This document shows, in pieces, positions 20,828-30,595 of a DNA stretch of 33,746 bases. The notes below the pieces were generated by a model. It was not told the DNA's origin. It did not search any database and was given only the letters and a program-made list of their open reading frames with translations. The stretch lies in the NCBI GenBank assembly GCA_040182905.1, contig JARQWU010000095.1, positions 1-33,746 of the forward strand, given 5' to 3'. A program made the translations under genes and the position numbers. Within the stretch, counting starts at the first letter, position 1. Every line of letters starts with the position of its first letter. Origin of the DNA: Barthelona sp. PAP020. Lineage: Eukaryota.

Positions 20828-23800
20828 TCAAAAATCACTTTGTATGACTGACCCCAACAAAGATTCAGATTCAAGGGTTGTTGTGGCCATATATTTGTCT
20901 ATCGAAATTAAGAAATTTTGATAGACACTTGGTAGATTTGTTGAATCATTTGGAGGTAAAGGCAGACAAGAAGATGAAGATGAAGATAAAGACGATGATG
21001 ATGATGAAGAATTCTTCCAGGAAATGATTGTGAAATTAATTTGTTCAACCAAATATCTTCTCAAAGTGGGAGAACAATGAATACTTGAAAGAAAATAAAA
21101 AATTCCAATCACATCAGTAAAGGAAAGCAAAGTTGTTTTAAAATGGATTCGTATATATTTCATTGAAGCAACATATGTTAACTTTGAAGATAGGTTCATC
21201 AAATGCTCAAACAACTCATTATTAAATCCTTCATCATATAATGGCTTTTTAAAAGCTCTTAAAGGTTTTTGAACAAAAATTTGATCTCTAAATACTGAAT
21301 TAAAGTTTAGACTTTTCATTTTGATGTCAAAAAAATCAAAAAAATCAAAAAAATGTGGAGAATTAAGCTTTCTTTTCAAATAATACAAAACAACAGGTAC
21401 CATTGCTTGGATACTAAGATGTTTTGAACTATTCAATGCAAAATCCAACGATTTTTTAATTGTTTCTTTAAATTTAAAAATAATGCTGATATTGCCCATT
21501 TGTATGATGGTAATGAACATACCAATCACAAACCAAAACTCTGAATCAGTAAAAACATCCAATTCCAACAATTTTTCTAATTTCATTAAACTACGGGTTA
21601 AATGAATGTTGTGCATAAGGAAAACAATTCCTTTTTCTGTTTTAATTATCTCTGAAATGATTGAACATGGAAAATCATATGTATCGATACCTTTTATCAC
21701 AGAAGCAGAAGATAAACTCAATTTCAGTTTGTCTTCCTCGATGTTATTACTGTTTCCATTATCCATAGTTGTTGTTGATTGTGTGGTTGATTGTGTGGTT
21801 GAATTAGAAGTGCCTAAGAAATCAACATTTATTGAATGAAAACATTGTTTAGCACTGTTAACACAATTACTGTCAAACCAAGATTGCAATTCTAACATTA
21901 TCCATTTTTCACCAAATCGATCAAAACCTTCAGGAATGGCGAGAAAATGAAATAATAGCGTAGAGTCAAGATCAAGGTTACTTGAGAATAAATATTGTAA
22001 AAGGAAAGAAGATTTCAATGCAGATGACAACACTATACCAGCAACTTGCTTTATCTTGCTGGAACCAGAGTTCATAGCAACGATCAACAATTCAACGGTC
22101 CATTTATAAACCATAACATTTAAATGTAACATTCTATCAATTAAATTAATACAAAAAACCTTAAGAGAGATATTTTGATGTACTTTAGCAAAAAAAATGG
22201 TTTTTAATAAATTTTGACTTCGTAAAGAATGTTCAAAATTTAAATGGGGTAAAAACAATATCAAGAGATCTATTCGAATATTTTCCATGAATATATCTTC
22301 AAAAAATTGAAAGAGTTTACAATCATTCAATAAATCTTCTCCTTTTTTACTTTCTGTGAAAACACTAATAATATCAAAATAATATTTTGCCATGTGTACA
22401 TCCAAACTCTCTTCAGTAAAAATTCTATTTGTATTCTGTAAACGCCCAAAACACTGTAAAAATAAAGTTGGAAATTTGCTAGAAATTTGCCTGCTTCTTT
22501 GAAAATCAATGATTTCACAAAGATTCATGAAAATATCCATTCCCTCATTGATCTTATAACTTATAGATACTTTTTCATTTGTTACCAAATTGTGTAAATA
22601 GATTAAATCTGTTTTATCATCTATTAGTCTTTTCAACATTGTTAGATTATACTCTACATACAAACATTCAGCTATCCAAGATAAAAACGATTCTAAGATT
22701 GCAAATCCTTGTTGACTGTTTAATAAAAATGGCATGAATATTTGGCAAAAATCAATCAGAAACATAAAGTCTGGATTTTGTGATAACGTAGCAAATCCAT
22801 CAGAGATTTGAGGAGATAAAAACCTGAGAACCTTTTGAAAAAAAGTAGTCCTCAACAACAAAGTAGAAAAAAAATTTTCCATTTGAGATATGTCCGTCTT
22901 TTTGAGGGTGTCAATCAACAGCTTCAACTGCCTCCAGTTCCATGTTTGATAATTTTCAGCAGTGAGAATCTTACATTCAGTTACAATCGTCTGTAGAATA
23001 ATCTCCATGCTGATTTGAAAGTTCCCTACCCCACCAACTAGATTAACATCATAACTGGATGTGGCCGTAGTTATCCAATGATCTAAATCATGCAAAAGCA
23101 GAATAGAATTCATATTGGAGAGATTAACAGCGTCATAGGTTAAATCAGGGAAGGAAAACATTTGCAAATATTCTGAAGATTCATAATGCGTTTGAATTAG
23201 TTTAATAATGAGAGTCAAACTTTTTCCAGATTGGACCTCCAGGTCTTTTTTTGAATTTGAAAATGTTTGAAGACAGCTATTTCGTAGGTCGATCAATATT
23301 TCAAAATAACCCTTCTTGAACAAGTTTTCCAATACATAACAATGAAAACAATCGAAGAAGTTTGATTGTTCCTTTTCATAATCCAATCTATTAACAAAAA
23401 CCAAATTAGTACCGAATATGTTAGAAATGATGTTCAAAATAATGATCTGTTTTTTGCTAGAAGTCGTTTCTAACTTCAACAATGTTAGCAAATTGTCAAT
23501 TACTTTCAAAGAATCAAAAAAGACAAATCCCACCCAAGACTTGAGAAATATTTGGAATATTTGATAAATGGTTGAAACCTTTTCATTCGCAATTTCTTCT
23601 TCTTCAAATATGTCCAGGATCACAAGTAAATTTTCCCACCGAAACTCATGTCGTTTCTTTGGATGATCTAAAACCATCAGAAATGAATAAGCAACTGACT
23701 TGGCCAAAGAAACATCCTCACACAGTAAAGCATCAACCAAAGGTAAAACACCATCACAATATGCAACAATCAATGGGTTCAAAATAAAAAGATCTCGCAA

Positions 23801-24286
23801 AATTTCAAGACTTGCTTCTCTAATGCTCCCATTTCCCTCAATCAAAGATATCAAGCATCTTATCGCAAAAATTGGAACGCTTATGAAATCAATTTCAAGA
23901 ATATGTCTAAATACTCTTAAAGCCTCAAATTTTTGTTGTAAAGATCTTTCATCAAGCTCAAAACATTTAAAAATTAACCAATCATATCTCAATTGCCAAA
24001 AATATTGTAAAATACGGCTATTTATCATTAAATGACGACATAACCTTGTTAAGATTGTTTTTAATGTTTTGGAATTAGATAGAAAATAAGGTCTTAAATA
24101 TCTGATCAAGGAGAAAATCTTTTCACAATTCGATTCAACCACATCAACAATTTCTTTATGTAAATTCGTTGATGTTATTGCAAACAATTTTTGACAACAT
24201 AATAATAAATCACGTTGTGATAATTTTTGTGAATTACTTTCATTACAAAATAATAGAAAGGTTTCAAATGTAATATTGTTATCCAT
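20828..24286 (-). CDS. RICTOR: Rictor/Avo3/PiaA-like TORC2 subunit, 1152 aa
   Basis: Helical-repeat protein with Rictor-like segments QKFEALRVFR, REASLEILRDL..NP.IVAYCDGV, FLKSWVG, ILTAENYQTWNW, FFQKVLRFLSP, YFDIISVFTES..G..LL and FLAIPEGF...ELQSW. Confidence 0.8.
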   Translation of the reverse strand: MDNNITFETFLLFCNESNSQKLSQRDLLLCCQKLFAITSTNLHKEIVDVVESNCEKIFSLIRYLRPYFLSNSKTLKTILTRLCRHLMINSRILQYFWQLRYDWLIFKCFELDERSLQQKFEALRVFRHILEIDFISVPIFAIRCLISLIEGNGSIREASLEILRDLFILNPLIVAYCDGVLPLVDALLCEDVSLAKSVAYSFLMVLDHPKKRHEFRWENLLVILDIFEEEEIANEKVSTIYQIFQIFLKSWVGFVFFDSLKVIDNLLTLLKLETTSSKKQIIILNIISNIFGTNLVFVNRLDYEKEQSNFFDCFHCYVLENLFKKGYFEILIDLRNSCLQTFSNSKKDLEVQSGKSLTLIIKLIQTHYESSEYLQMFSFPDLTYDAVNLSNMNSILLLHDLDHWITTATSSYDVNLVGGVGNFQISMEIILQTIVTECKILTAENYQTWNWRQLKLLIDTLKKTDISQMENFFSTLLLRTTFFQKVLRFLSPQISDGFATLSQNPDFMFLIDFCQIFMPFLLNSQQGFAILESFLSWIAECLYVEYNLTMLKRLIDDKTDLIYLHNLVTNEKVSISYKINEGMDIFMNLCEIIDFQRSRQISSKFPTLFLQCFGRLQNTNRIFTEESLDVHMAKYYFDIISVFTESKKGEDLLNDCKLFQFFEDIFMENIRIDLLILFLPHLNFEHSLRSQNLLKTIFFAKVHQNISLKVFCINLIDRMLHLNVMVYKWTVELLIVAMNSGSSKIKQVAGIVLSSALKSSFLLQYLFSSNLDLDSTLLFHFLAIPEGFDRFGEKWIMLELQSWFDSNCVNSAKQCFHSINVDFLGTSNSTTQSTTQSTTTMDNGNSNNIEEDKLKLSLSSASVIKGIDTYDFPCSIISEIIKTEKGIVFLMHNIHLTRSLMKLEKLLELDVFTDSEFWFVIGMFITIIQMGNISIIFKFKETIKKSLDFALNSSKHLSIQAMVPVVLYYLKRKLNSPHFFDFFDFFDIKMKSLNFNSVFRDQIFVQKPLRAFKKPLYDEGFNNELFEHLMNLSSKLTYVASMKYIRIHFKTTLLSFTDVIGIFYFLSSIHCSPTLRRYLVEQINFTIISWKNSSSSSSSLSSSSSSCLPLPPNDSTNLPSVYQNFLISIDKYMATTTLESESLLGSVIQSDF

Positions 24287-24380
24287 TGCTCATAATAATA
24301 TGTTTAAACAAAAATTGTCATGGTGGTTATTCAGAAAATTTGTATATTAAAAAAAATTTTAATGTCATTTCACTAATATA

Positions 24381-25013
24381 ATGGCATCTTTTACAATGGA
24401 AAGTCTAATTGATGGGTTTAATCCCATTTCAAATGAACAATTGGCTAAAATTCAAGATGATTTAAAATATTCTTTTAAAACTGTCGATCTATCCAAATTA
24501 TGTACAACTTTACAAAGTCCTTATACTTGGAAGGCTCAAAATCCTGCTTTAATTGATAAATTAGAAAAACAATTCATAAATGATGAAGAAGCAGTAATCA
24601 AGAGTTGGTTTGTCAAAAGTATTAATCAATGGAACTCATCTCAAGATAGACTTATAACTTTGACGACTCAAAACTGTTATCGAGTAAAATATGAAGGTGA
24701 TGTTGTGATCGAAAGCAACCGATCTGATTTAAATTCATTTGTTCGAATTTTTTATGGAGAATATTTGCCTGCATACCATGAAAAACAACCTTCAATGTTT
24801 CCTTCTGCAATACGCTTATTCAGGGTAAATCCAGATGATACCTCCTTTTTTTCAAAGCTTTCGCCCAAATTTGAGAATTTTAGAACATATAGACCTATTT
24901 CTACAAAATTCTTAACCGAGAGAGATATTCTTATTGAAATGTATTGTTCTTTTGGGACTATTTTACGTCGTATTGGATCTAATTGTGTTATTTTGCAACA
25001 CAATATTGAATAA
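24381..25013 (+). CDS. stand-alone hSac2-domain (TPRG1/INPP5F-like) protein, 210 aa
   Basis: EAVIKSWFVKSINQWNSSQDRLITLTTQNCYRVKYE...IFYGE...AIRL resembles the hSac2 consensus (W.L.EI.HWN.E.ER...LT....Y..KYD). Confidence 0.65.
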   Translation: MASFTMESLIDGFNPISNEQLAKIQDDLKYSFKTVDLSKLCTTLQSPYTWKAQNPALIDKLEKQFINDEEAVIKSWFVKSINQWNSSQDRLITLTTQNCYRVKYEGDVVIESNRSDLNSFVRIFYGEYLPAYHEKQPSMFPSAIRLFRVNPDDTSFFSKLSPKFENFRTYRPISTKFLTERDILIEMYCSFGTILRRIGSNCVILQHNIE

Positions 25014-25316
25014 TTGTTAATAAAGTACAAATTTAGTGAAAATTTTTTTCTTTTTTTTAAATATTTTTGGTTATTTAATCTATTCTTATCGAATAATTTA
25101 ATTTGGTCAATAAAATAATTTATTAAAAACATCTTTTTGGGTGGATTCAGATTATTTTCACTTTCTTTTTGATTAGAAGTATGATTATCAGGTAAATCAT
25201 TTATAAACTTTCAAAAAATGTATTTTTTAAAAAAATAACTGTAAATTGATTTGTTGAACGGCTAGAAAAAAAGTCCTTTTTTGTTTTTTCAAATTGTTTC
25301 ATTTTTATTTTTTGTT

Positions 25317-28300
25317 ATGCGATTACAGAATTTCCTTACACTTTTATTATTACTATTTTCGATTTTATTAATAATATGTAAGGGAGAATACTTTACTCTT
25401 GATGAGTTTTCAAGAAATTTTTATGTGGGTTCCAATACATATTCTACTTTACATCCAAAAAGAGATTATTATGCACATTTAGAGGATAAAAGCAAATCGA
25501 TACGGTTTGATTTAACCTCTATTAATTCCATTGTTGATGAATATGTAATTGTTGAACCTTCATCGGAAGAATTTTTTCATTGGGGGTATTATTTATCCTC
25601 AAATAGTGAATATTGTGATATAAAGAAAATTGAACCTGTGTATAAAGAAACTATCACTATAAAAATTGAAAATGAAAATAATTATTTATGTTTATTTTTA
25701 AATGAAGAAGATGATCAAGAAGATAAGGATTATGTATTACACATTTTCAATGGAAAATATATTGGAGAAAAAGAAGAAAAAAATTTGGAGAAATTTGCTT
25801 CTTTATCAAAAGGAGATCATTATTCTGCAATGTTTTTTTCTAATACCAGTTTAGTTGTGAGTATTAGTGGTTTACCAATACTAAAATCATTTATTATTCA
25901 ATCAAAGGATAATTGTTTGATTTTACAAACTGAAGGTTTACCTGCAGCTATAAGTACCTTTTTGTCTCAAACAAATAGATTATTATATGATCCAAGTGTA
26001 AATTTGGAGTATAAATTTGATGTAAAAATTTCAAACAATAAAGATATTTGTTGGTTTAGGATGATAGTGGCTGATTTAATTGAGAAAGAGATTTTTATCA
26101 ATATGATGGAGGATAGCATTGTGCAAGAAGAGCATTATGACACATTGTTGAGCAACTATATTCGAATGAACTCGTCTTCTACCGCAAAAAATATTCCTGC
26201 TGCTATAGTAACTAAAACTCCTGATCACATTTTGGTTTTGAGATATTATTTTATTGTAAGCGCAAATCAATATTTCACAAAGAATAATCTCAATGGTGAA
26301 GCAGATGGATTCTTTCGTGAAGAACCTTTAGTGAACCCTATTTTCTTCTTTAATGATTCTTTATGGATAGAAAGCTCCAACAAAACTTGGTATGCTGATG
26401 AAACAGAATTACCTCTTGTTTTAACTTCAAATAATCAGATTTTGACCCAGATTCCCTTGTGTCAAGCATCTTATGATACCATCAATGAAAAGGCTATTAG
26501 ATTAGTTTTATTCGATGAAAACAATGATTTGTCTGAATTCGAATTTTTCGTCAACCTCACCTTAGAACTTCCTAAATATGGTGATTTTACAATTATTTTG
26601 TATGAAATTGAACCGATTTTACCAATTTTAGGAATGCCTTGTAGCACACAGAATGATGAGACTCAACCAACGTTGAAATATCTTAACATCAGTACTCCAA
26701 ACTCTGAATCAACCAAAACAACAGTCAAACAGAGAGGATGGTTATATGAAGGAAAGAATGAATTTCTTATGGAGTCTTTTGAAAAAACTGACCGAAAAAT
26801 GAGCGAAAATACCCCATTCATGTATTTCAACTGTACAGAATCTGTGGATAATAAATGGAACATAATTGGGGGGTATGATTACAAGGTGCATTCAAACTTT
26901 TCGCATTTTACGGAAATTTTCTTTAATTTTACCATAAATGAAGCCATTGAAACACCTACAAGTGATCGTAATCAATCATTTATTGTACAACTTTTACCAA
27001 GCGTCCTTGATAAGGATACTATTGAATCAAGTGGCTGTTTGATCGCTTATAATGATAAAAATGCAGTTGTAATGATTAGATGTCATACTTTTATGGTGCA
27101 AGAACAGTTAAAGAGCAATGAATTTATCATTAGACATGATGAGATTGACCTGTTGCGGATTGATCGCTTTGAATTCTTTGGATCTATGACATTAGTTATA
27201 CAGAGTATTCCTTATGTGAATATTGATCATTTTCAAGCAATTTCCAATTATTCTACTTATGATTCTATTCTTGAATTTAATCCTGAGATTTGGTTTGAAG
27301 AAAAGTATTCCACCAAAGACAATTTTAATAGCTTAGGTGACCATGTGTGGAACATCATTCTCTTTCAGTCCAGAAAGCTTGAATTTAACATGAAAGAGTA
27401 CAACACATTTAAAATTTGGATACCTAATTTCTCAAGTGTTCATTTGGATTTTGAACCCTTGTTGATCTTTGTGAACGATGATGATAATTTTCCAACACAT
27501 ATTTACAGATACAATAGCAGTGGGAAATTTGAAGTGTATTTTAAGCCATATGAACATGATCAAGGCTTTAAAAACCGCTGGCAATTGCATGAATTGAATG
27601 AAAACAATGTGATTGAGATTGAATTTGATTTTTCTGATGTTACAGAGTTAAAGACAAAACAAGTTCATTTTTATTTGACTGCTATTGTGCCTGTTGATGA
27701 ACATAATGTTGATATCAGTCCATATCACATATATGAACCGATTTCAAGACACAATTCCACATACTATGGTTTGAATTACGCTCAAAAATTATACATTCGT
27801 GATATTGAAGGTGGTGCATGCGTTGATTTTGAAACATATCGTAATTCTTTGTTTAATGTGGGTTCCAATGATACTGAGGTGTTTTTAAGTGTTAACATCA
27901 ACGAAGATCAAAAAGAGAAGCCTTACTTTTTGTTGTTGCCAGGATGCTCTTATACTTTGTTCACGGATCAAAATTTTCAAAACGAGTGGTATTACTATTA
28001 CAGCAGAGTTGAGCTAAGTAATCAGTATGATGATGAGGATCTTACCATCAGTAGTTGGCTATCTGTGTGTACGAGTAGTCTATCACCATGTTCTTCTAAA
28101 TATTTTAATGAAAGAAAGATTGATGAAAAAGTCTATTTTTTTGATAAACAAGTGAAAGAACGACCTTTAGGGCTCATCAATATTACTAAAGGAGATTTAG
28201 TCGTTGATTATGTTGTATTGTTCATGTTTGAAGAAGATATACCCTTGCAATCGTTTCCCTTCGGAATCAAATTGAGTAGAACCACAATCATGTTTGATCC

Positions 28301-29906
28301 CTTTTTGTTTTTTTATGTGTTCAATCAGTTAGATGCTTTGATTAATAAGACTGTTCATATCCGTATTGGATATCAACAAGTTCAATTGAAAAGTGCCACT
28401 TTTTGGACGGATCTGAATGATGGCCATTTGTTTCAAAAGAATACCAATTATGTGGAGTTTTGCACAAATGATGCACAAGTTATCGCAGTTATCTTTAATA
28501 GTCATTCATTTGTCACCGGTGGATTCATATTGAAACGAACAGATGATACTCAATTTTACGATAATTGGGGTAGAATAATTATCTCTGATAAACAATTTGT
28601 TGAACATTTAGATACAAGAGTGTTTTTATTCCATCTGCAATCAGGATGCTATGATATTTCAGTAAACCACTTGTTGGACACTAATGCTCAATTAAGAGCT
28701 TATGACGAATCAAGATTAATTGATGAGGATGGAGCTTTCCAGAATATTGATGATTCTATTTCAACAAAGATACATTATCCAAAGTATCAAAGAAATAGTT
28801 TAATCACTGTTGATCAAACACGAAAATTTTTTGGTCTGTTGTCAAAACAGAATTATACCGTTGATTTATCACAATCATTTTTAACCAACGTGTTCGTTAC
28901 TTTTCAAATGCGATCGATTGATGTTAATAGCAAATCTAGTTGCAATCAGAGCATATATATATTGGAAAACAACAAAGAACAGACGAAAATGGAGAGGAAA
29001 ATAATGAATCAATATTCAACCTTTTTTTTCACGCGTATAGCAAGTGAAAGGTACTTTTCTAGCATTGAAATACCTGAAAATTCATGTATTGAAAGTCTTA
29101 TCATTCGAAACACAGAAGATGCTCCGAACAATATATCTGGAACTGCATTTTATGATTTTTGGGGTATCAGACAAGTAGAGGAATTGAGAGTATGTCAAGT
29201 GGAAGATGTGTGTTCCAACCATCTAATTTTAAAAGATTTAAGAAATGTAAATTCTTTGGAATTAAATGGTTCGAGTATTATAGTGCAAAATTTAACAGGA
29301 AATAGTTACAAATTCAACATCAATAATTCCAGAGCAAATCCCAACAATCGAGAAATTATTCAATTTGAGTTCACTTTTCCTTTCAATAATGGGTTCGAGT
29401 CCGACGATTATCTTTTTGAGGATCTCGAATTGCTCTACCTGGAAATACATTTGACAAATTCAAACAATGAGAAAAAACTGTGCATTTTACAGAAATCAAG
29501 AGTTCATGAAGCTATTATCTCTTCTGTGAATGATCCAAACGAATTTGAAACACTGGATAGAAGTGAAACGACCTTTAAATACAACTCATACTACTACTTT
29601 AAGATAAACAAGAATGATGATAATCCTTTGCATTCAACGTTTAAAATGACTATTGTGGACTCTGATGTCGAGTGTTTACCAACTATAAACAATAATTGGT
29701 TATGGATTCCTTTAGTCGGACTGATTTTAGTATTATGCTTCCTTATTGTCAAGTTCTTTATCAAAAATGAAGTGAAAGAAGAAGATGAAGAAAAATTATT
29801 GGAAGATGAACGAAGTATGGTAAAGGAAGTTGATGCTTTTGAGGAATATGATCTTGCTTTTGGCCAAGATAATAATTCAGACTCCGAAATTGGTATTTTT
29901 ATCTGA
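25317..29906 (+). CDS. large orphan type-I membrane protein, ~1529 aa (signal peptide, large ectodomain, one TM helix, acidic tail)
   Basis: First ATG at 25317 gives MRLQNFLTLLLLLFSILLIICKG (signal peptide-like). Many N-x-S/T sequons. TM helix WLWIPLVGLILVLCFLIVKFFI; tail contains EEDEEKLL. Confidence 0.85.
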   Translation: MRLQNFLTLLLLLFSILLIICKGEYFTLDEFSRNFYVGSNTYSTLHPKRDYYAHLEDKSKSIRFDLTSINSIVDEYVIVEPSSEEFFHWGYYLSSNSEYCDIKKIEPVYKETITIKIENENNYLCLFLNEEDDQEDKDYVLHIFNGKYIGEKEEKNLEKFASLSKGDHYSAMFFSNTSLVVSISGLPILKSFIIQSKDNCLILQTEGLPAAISTFLSQTNRLLYDPSVNLEYKFDVKISNNKDICWFRMIVADLIEKEIFINMMEDSIVQEEHYDTLLSNYIRMNSSSTAKNIPAAIVTKTPDHILVLRYYFIVSANQYFTKNNLNGEADGFFREEPLVNPIFFFNDSLWIESSNKTWYADETELPLVLTSNNQILTQIPLCQASYDTINEKAIRLVLFDENNDLSEFEFFVNLTLELPKYGDFTIILYEIEPILPILGMPCSTQNDETQPTLKYLNISTPNSESTKTTVKQRGWLYEGKNEFLMESFEKTDRKMSENTPFMYFNCTESVDNKWNIIGGYDYKVHSNFSHFTEIFFNFTINEAIETPTSDRNQSFIVQLLPSVLDKDTIESSGCLIAYNDKNAVVMIRCHTFMVQEQLKSNEFIIRHDEIDLLRIDRFEFFGSMTLVIQSIPYVNIDHFQAISNYSTYDSILEFNPEIWFEEKYSTKDNFNSLGDHVWNIILFQSRKLEFNMKEYNTFKIWIPNFSSVHLDFEPLLIFVNDDDNFPTHIYRYNSSGKFEVYFKPYEHDQGFKNRWQLHELNENNVIEIEFDFSDVTELKTKQVHFYLTAIVPVDEHNVDISPYHIYEPISRHNSTYYGLNYAQKLYIRDIEGGACVDFETYRNSLFNVGSNDTEVFLSVNINEDQKEKPYFLLLPGCSYTLFTDQNFQNEWYYYYSRVELSNQYDDEDLTISSWLSVCTSSLSPCSSKYFNERKIDEKVYFFDKQVKERPLGLINITKGDLVVDYVVLFMFEEDIPLQSFPFGIKLSRTTIMFDPFLFFYVFNQLDALINKTVHIRIGYQQVQLKSATFWTDLNDGHLFQKNTNYVEFCTNDAQVIAVIFNSHSFVTGGFILKRTDDTQFYDNWGRIIISDKQFVEHLDTRVFLFHLQSGCYDISVNHLLDTNAQLRAYDESRLIDEDGAFQNIDDSISTKIHYPKYQRNSLITVDQTRKFFGLLSKQNYTVDLSQSFLTNVFVTFQMRSIDVNSKSSCNQSIYILENNKEQTKMERKIMNQYSTFFFTRIASERYFSSIEIPENSCIESLIIRNTEDAPNNISGTAFYDFWGIRQVEELRVCQVEDVCSNHLILKDLRNVNSLELNGSSIIVQNLTGNSYKFNINNSRANPNNREIIQFEFTFPFNNGFESDDYLFEDLELLYLEIHLTNSNNEKKLCILQKSRVHEAIISSVNDPNEFETLDRSETTFKYNSYYYFKINKNDDNPLHSTFKMTIVDSDVECLPTINNNWLWIPLVGLILVLCFLIVKFFIKNEVKEEDEEKLLEDERSMVKEVDAFEEYDLAFGQDNNSDSEIGIFI

Positions 29907-30338
29907 ATTCTCCTTTCTTTCTTTTTTTTTTGTACAGATAAATAAAAACATGTTGTGTGTTGTTGTCGTTTTTTTTTATGTTGTTTTAAAACAAAGACAA
30001 ATAATTACAGATTCTCTCTGTCCCCCAATGCTATTCTCCCAATATTTGCACAGACGATGACAGAATTGATTCTATTTTTTCATAAATTCTAGGTTGAAAA
30101 ATGTGATTCAACAACGGAGATGGCAGGAAAAAAAATTGAACAAAAAATTGAAGAAAGTATCAAAAGTATTGGAACAACTCTTCAATACTGACATTTCACC
30201 AACCAGACAAAATTTGTTGACGAATAGATAACTTCTGTTTTATTTCCCCATTGCATGCCTCCCAAAATTGGAAAATTTGCCTGTCATTTGTACAAAAACA
30301 AGAAAAAAATTGCAAACAATAAATTTACAAATAATTAA

Positions 30339-30420
30339 TGACAGCAAACCAAGACTCAGTCAATTTTACACAATTCATCATTGCTAACAAAATCACGTCA
30401 CAGTATCAATTTTACCATCA
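30339..30420 (-). promoter_or_regulatory. candidate SECIS element B (GUGA core, type II-like) in the SPS2 3' region
   Basis: Minus strand: TGATGGTAAA-ATTGATACT-GTGAC-GTGATTTTGT-TA-GCAAT-GATGA-ATTGT-GTAAAATTGAC-TGAG-TCTTGG-TTTGCTGTCA. It gives a 10-bp lower helix, a UGA/GA quartet, a ~10-bp upper helix and a 5-bp ministem. Folded by hand. Confidence 0.5.
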
Positions 30421-30545
30421 AAAAAAAGACATTAACAAAGGTATCACAACAAATAAACTTTTTTTTAAAAAAAGTTTCAAAAACTTTTCAAAAAGTTTAA
30501 AAAAATTCAATGTCATGTCAAAACAAAGGATTTTTCTAATCTTTT

Positions 30546-30595
30546 TTCATGCAGTAAAATGCAGAAGTGGACATACTAATTTTTACTGAAATCAT
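30546..30595 (-). promoter_or_regulatory. candidate SECIS element A (AUGA core) overlapping the SPS2 stop codon
   Basis: Minus strand: A-TGAT-TTCAGTAAAA-ATTAGTATGTCCACTTCTGCA-TTTTACTGCA-TGAA. AUGA...GA core with a 9/10 paired upper helix; the lower helix is weak. Confidence 0.4.

Noticed and set aside
21327..21805. Short tandem repeats in Rictor (TCAAAAAAA x3; GTTGATTGTGTG x2+)
   Set aside because: In-frame coding slippage repeats (DFF, STTQ), not a CRISPR array or a mobile element.
29904..29906. Possible UGA reassignment, or Sec readthrough at the TGA stops of other genes
   Set aside because: These TGAs end complete-looking proteins and are followed by T/A-rich UTR-like sequence. Trp is encoded by TGG, and I found no + strand SECIS core.
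30244..30287. Minus-strand ATGAC-13 nt-AA hairpin resembling a third SECIS
   Set aside because: The 3' side reads UGGG where the obligatory GA of the quartet should be.
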